Source: Octopus vulgaris (Eukaryota). From it: a stretch of 64,000 nucleotides of DNA. Position numbers and translations under genes: made by a program. Shown here one piece after another: positions 59,301 to 64,000 of the stretch. Under the pieces are notes generated by a model that was not told the origin of the DNA, ran no database searches, and saw only the letters and a program-made list of their open reading frames with translations. Numbering within the stretch: position 1 is the first letter of the stretch; every line of letters begins with the position of its first letter. The stretch spans positions 30,194,001-30,258,000 of the forward strand of contig OX597814.1 in NCBI GenBank assembly GCA_951406725.2, given 5' to 3'.

Positions 59301-61327
59301 GTACAGTGATAAGCACAGAAAAGGTTTACAGCTGTAGAAAGTATAGAGCTGGCAGAAACGTTAGCACACCGGGCAAAATGCTTAGCGGTATTTCGTCTGC
59401 CGCTACGTTCTGAGTTCAAATTCCGCCGAGGTCAACTTTGCCTTTCATCCTTTTGGAGTCGATTAAATAAGTACCAGTTACACACTGGGGTCGATATAAT
59501 CAACTTAATCCGTTTGTCTGTCCTTGTTTGTCCCCCTCTGTGTTTAGCCCCTTATGGGTAGTAAAGAAATAGGTATTTCATCTGCTGTTACGGTCTGAGT
59601 TCAAATTCCACCGAGGTCAACTTTGCCTTTCATCATTTCGGGGTCGATAAATTAAGTACCAGTTATGCATTGGGGTCGATATAATCAACTTAATCTGTTT
59701 GTCTGTCCTTGTTTGTCCCTTTTGCGTGTAGCCCTTTGCGGGCAATAAAGAAATAAGAAAGTATACCAAAATTGAGATGTTGAGGAAAGCACAATCCTTC
59801 AGCTTATTGGATTGGGTTGAACCATCTGACCCATACCAGCCAAGAAAGTGAACATGAAATGATGATGATCATCATTTAATGTCCACTTTCCATGCTGGTA
59901 TGGGTTGGGTGCTTTGACTAAAAACTGATAAGCTGGGAATATAATGGGTGCTTTTTATGTGCTGCTGGCACAGGTACCATTGATGTGACACTCGCTTCCA
60001 CCACGACTACAATCTCACTTGGCTTGATAGGTCATTACAAGCATGGTATATCGCCAAAGGTCTCAGTCACCTGTCACTGACTGTGAGGCCCAATGCTCAA
60101 ATGGTGCTTTTAATATGCAAGTATTGGACTTCATGATCTTATGATGGTTAATTTATTTATCTGCTAATTTAAAGTAGATAACAACCAATGAGGCAACATT
60201 TATAAAGTTGATGAATTTGCTACAATCAGCAGCCAAATTTTCAAACCATAAAGCCGTCTGAATAAAATATTGCTAGAGAAAAATAAATTAGCTGGATGGT
60301 CATGGATGGAATGCTTTTGATTATGGGTTGACTATTATAAGACTTATGCAATTGAGACTGATTTGTGTCTAAATAACTATATAAAATATCGGACCAATAA
60401 AACATCCTCTACATTACATGGTTACTTTTCATGCTAGAAATATCAACTAAATCTGCTTCACATAACATCCTACTACTCTAAAAAGAGAGGACGCATTTGA
60501 TAATATAGTCCTAGATACTCAATGCCTGCTAAAATCATGGCATGGTCACAACTTCAATGCCTTTGATCATAAACTCACTCAATGAGGGATGACCTGATGA
60601 TTGATATATATATATACATCGTTAAGGGAAATGAAATGCATAGTTCTTAATGTTGTGGGCAGTGTTTAAGGTGAGCTGACAGAACTCAGAATACTGGGAA
60701 CAAAATCTTAGTGACATTTCTTCTAGCTTTGCCTTTCATTACTCTGGTGTGTGTGTGTTGGTGGTGGTGGTGGTGGGTGTCGATAAAATAAAGTACCTCT
60801 CAAGTACTGGGGTCGATATAATTGACTTGCTCCATCCCCCAAAATTGTTGGTCCTGTACCAAAATTTGAAACCAATAATAAGGACAATGATTTGGTAGAA
60901 TTGGTACAAACATAATAACTTCCTGTATTCTGTTATGTCCCTTTACATTTTGAGATCAAATCCCAGTGAGGCCAAGTTTGTCTCTCATCCTTCTGGGGCT
61001 CCTAAAATAACTACTTTAGGCCAATATAATTGATGGTTTTCAGCATTAAAAAAAAAAAGAAATAAAGATTCTATAAAACATTTTATTCAGTAAAATACAT
61101 GTAGGATGTTTCCTAGTTCTTTTACTTGTTTCAATCATTTGACTGTGGCCATGCTGGAGCACTGCCTTTAGTCAGACAAATCGACCCCAGGACTTATTCT
61201 TTGTAAGCCTAGTACTTATTCTATCAGTGTCTTTTGCCAAACCGTTAAGTTATGGGGACATAAACACACCAACATTGGTTGTCAAGAGATGGTAGGGGTA
61301 CAAACACAGACACACAAATACATACAT

Positions 61328-61383
<56 letters not shown>

Positions 61384-64000
61384 ATTCGATGAGCTTTCAG
61401 TTTCCTTCTATCGAATCCACTCACAAGGCTTCGGTTGCCCCGAGGTTATAGTAGAACCAAGGTGCCATGCAGTGGAACTGAACCTGGAACTTGCCCAAGG
61501 TGCCACGCAATGAGACTGAACCTGGCACCATGTGGTGGGGATGCAAGCTTCTTACCACACAGCCATGCCTGTGAAATTCCTTAGTTAATAGTCTGTGTTA
61601 ACAATTAATGTAATGAACATGAAAAAAATCTCACTAGAAATACTTATATAATGAGAAGACAACATTACCTTAATAAATATTGGTTTCAGATTTTGGTGCA
61701 AGGCCAGGAATTTCAGAGGAAGGCTAAGTTGATTGCATTGACTCCTCCCCTGCCAACATTCAACTCGTATTTTATCGACCCTGAAAGGTTGAACGGCAAA
61801 ACTGACCTTGGTGGAATATGAACTCAGAATGTAAAGACGTACGAAATGCCACTAAGCATTTTTCCTGGAGCACTAATGATTCTGCTAGCTTGCAGTCTTT
61901 AGCTAAATAAATATTCTCTTCTACTCTAGGTGCAAAGCTGCTAATATTTTTCGTTGGGGGGGGGGGGAGAGTCGATTAGATCGACTCCAGTATGCAACTG
62001 GTACTTAATTTATCGACCCTGAAAGGATGAAAGGTAAAGTTGACCTCGGCAGAATTTGAACTCAGAACGCAAAGACAGGAAATACCACTAAGCATTTTGC
62101 CTGCCTGGCATGCTAACATTTCTGCCAGCTTGCCGCCTTTATCATCATCATTTAATGTCCGCTTTCCATGCTAGCATGGGTTGGATGATTTGACTGAGGA
62201 CTGGTAAACCAGATGGTTGCACCAGGCTCCAATCTGATCTGGCATAGTTTCTACAGCTGGATGTCCTTTCTAATGCCAACCACTCCGAGAGTGTAGTGGG
62301 TGCTTTTACGTGCCACTGGCACAAGGGCCAGTCAGGCAGTACTGGCAACGACCATGCTCAAATGGTGTTTTTTACGTGCCACCTGCACAGGAGCCAGTCC
62401 AGTGGCACTGGCAATAACCTCGCTCAAATAAATATTACTATTTTAATGATTTCAGAAAAAATAAGATAATTTTTGTAAATTTCTTTCTATAAGCGCAGGA
62501 GTGGCTGTGTGGTAAGTAGCTTGCTAACCAACCACATGGTTCCGGGTTCAGTCCCACTGCGTGGCATCTTGGGCAATTGTCTTCTACTATAGCCTCGGGC
62601 CGACCAATGCCTTGTGAGTAGATTTGGTAGACGGAAACTGAAAGAAGCCTGTCGTATATATGTATATATATATATATGTATGTGTGTATGTTTGTGTGTC
62701 TGTGTTTGTCCCCCTAGCATTGCTTGACAACCGATGCTGGTGTGTTTACGTCCCCGTCACTTAGCAGTTCGGCAAAAAGAGACCGATAAAATAAGTACTG
62801 GGCTTACAAAGAATACGTCCCGGGGTCGATTTGCTCGACTAAAGGTGGTGCTCCAGCATGGCCGCAGTCAAATGACTGAAACAAGTAAAAGAAAAAAAAA
62901 AAGAAAGAATAAATTCTTAGTGAAGTTCTCTTAAAATAGACTACTTTTTCTTCAGCGAAAGAATGATAAGAACAGAGAATAAATCTGGTAACAAAATATC
63001 AGCACAATAGGGGAGTGTGATAACCTTTGATATCTTAGGTTGAAAATATCTTGAGTAAATGGCCTCATGTTATTGTGGAGGAAAATGGTTCCTTTGTGAT
63101 TATACTGTATTAATAGTTTGGGGCATAATACTTTCTATATGTTGAATAAAGTTTATCTTGTTGCTCTTGATAAAGGAGACCTATCATATTTCCAGACATA
63201 GTTTATTTAGGGCTACATTATCAATGTGTCTCTCCTTTGTATATTTGTGGGTTTTTGGGGGGGAATGGTAGGATATGGTTTGAGAGAGATTTGGTCGCTA
63301 GTAGGAACACATATCCTTAAGCATGGAATATATATATTCATAGGCACAGGTGCAGCTGCTTACTTCTTAAACATGTGGTTTCAGGTTCAGTCCCACTGTG
63401 TGGAACCTTCTAATTTAGCCTTGGGTTGACTAAAACGTTGTGAATGGATTTTACAGACAGAAACCGGAAGTAGCCCATCATACACACCACTCATGCTGGT
63501 GCCACTAAAATAAGCAACCATGCTGGCACCACATGAAAAGCACCTCTGCTGGTGCCACATATAAAAAAAACCCATGCTTGTGCCATGTGAAAGCACCCAT
63601 GTAAAAGTACACTGTGTAAAGTGGTTGGCATTAGGAAGGGCATCCAGCCATAGAAACCATGCCAAAACATATGAGTGAGGACTGGTGCAGCCCCCTGGCT
63701 TATCATCATCATCATCATCTTCTTCATCATTTAACGTCTGCCTTTCATGGTGGCATGAGTGGGACAGTGTCAGCTCCTGTCAAATCATCCAACCCATGCC
63801 AGCATGAAAAATGGATGTTAAGTGATGATGATATGTGTACTCTTGTGTGTATGTGTACTCTTGTGTGTATGTGTACTCTTGTCTTGACATGATTGTAAAT
63901 GAGCATCACTGCTGTCATAGAAGCAATGTTGTTCGTTTCCAGTTGTCTTTCATAGAATTACGTTTTGGCTGTGGGAAATATTTCCTAACATAGGCGCGGG

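Overview
AT-rich, microsatellite- and SINE-dense eukaryotic DNA; the repeat families look like those of a cephalopod, probably Octopus (inference). One host gene can be reconstructed by hand. It is a minus-strand NRF-6/OACYL-type acyltransferase-3 membrane protein with 10 phase-consistent coding exons from 35480 to 3981 (1460 nt, ~486 aa); it continues past the left edge of the window. A CpG-retaining island at ~52.9-55.5 kb is a candidate promoter. The rest is a dense mosaic of mobile DNA: four SINE families, RTE/CR1/CRE/R4-Dong LINE remnants, mariner, piggyBac-, hAT- and Helitron-type non-autonomous elements, a gypsy integrase relic, and a near-intact Penelope-like element (PLE) RT. The most notable unlisted signal is a set of about ten type I hammerhead ribozyme(-like) motifs from at least six dissimilar short repeat families. 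Several sit in asymmetric fold-back structures next to (TA)n tracts and some adjoin PLE endonuclease remnants, suggesting a PLE/retrozyme ecosystem with non-canonical catalytic cores.
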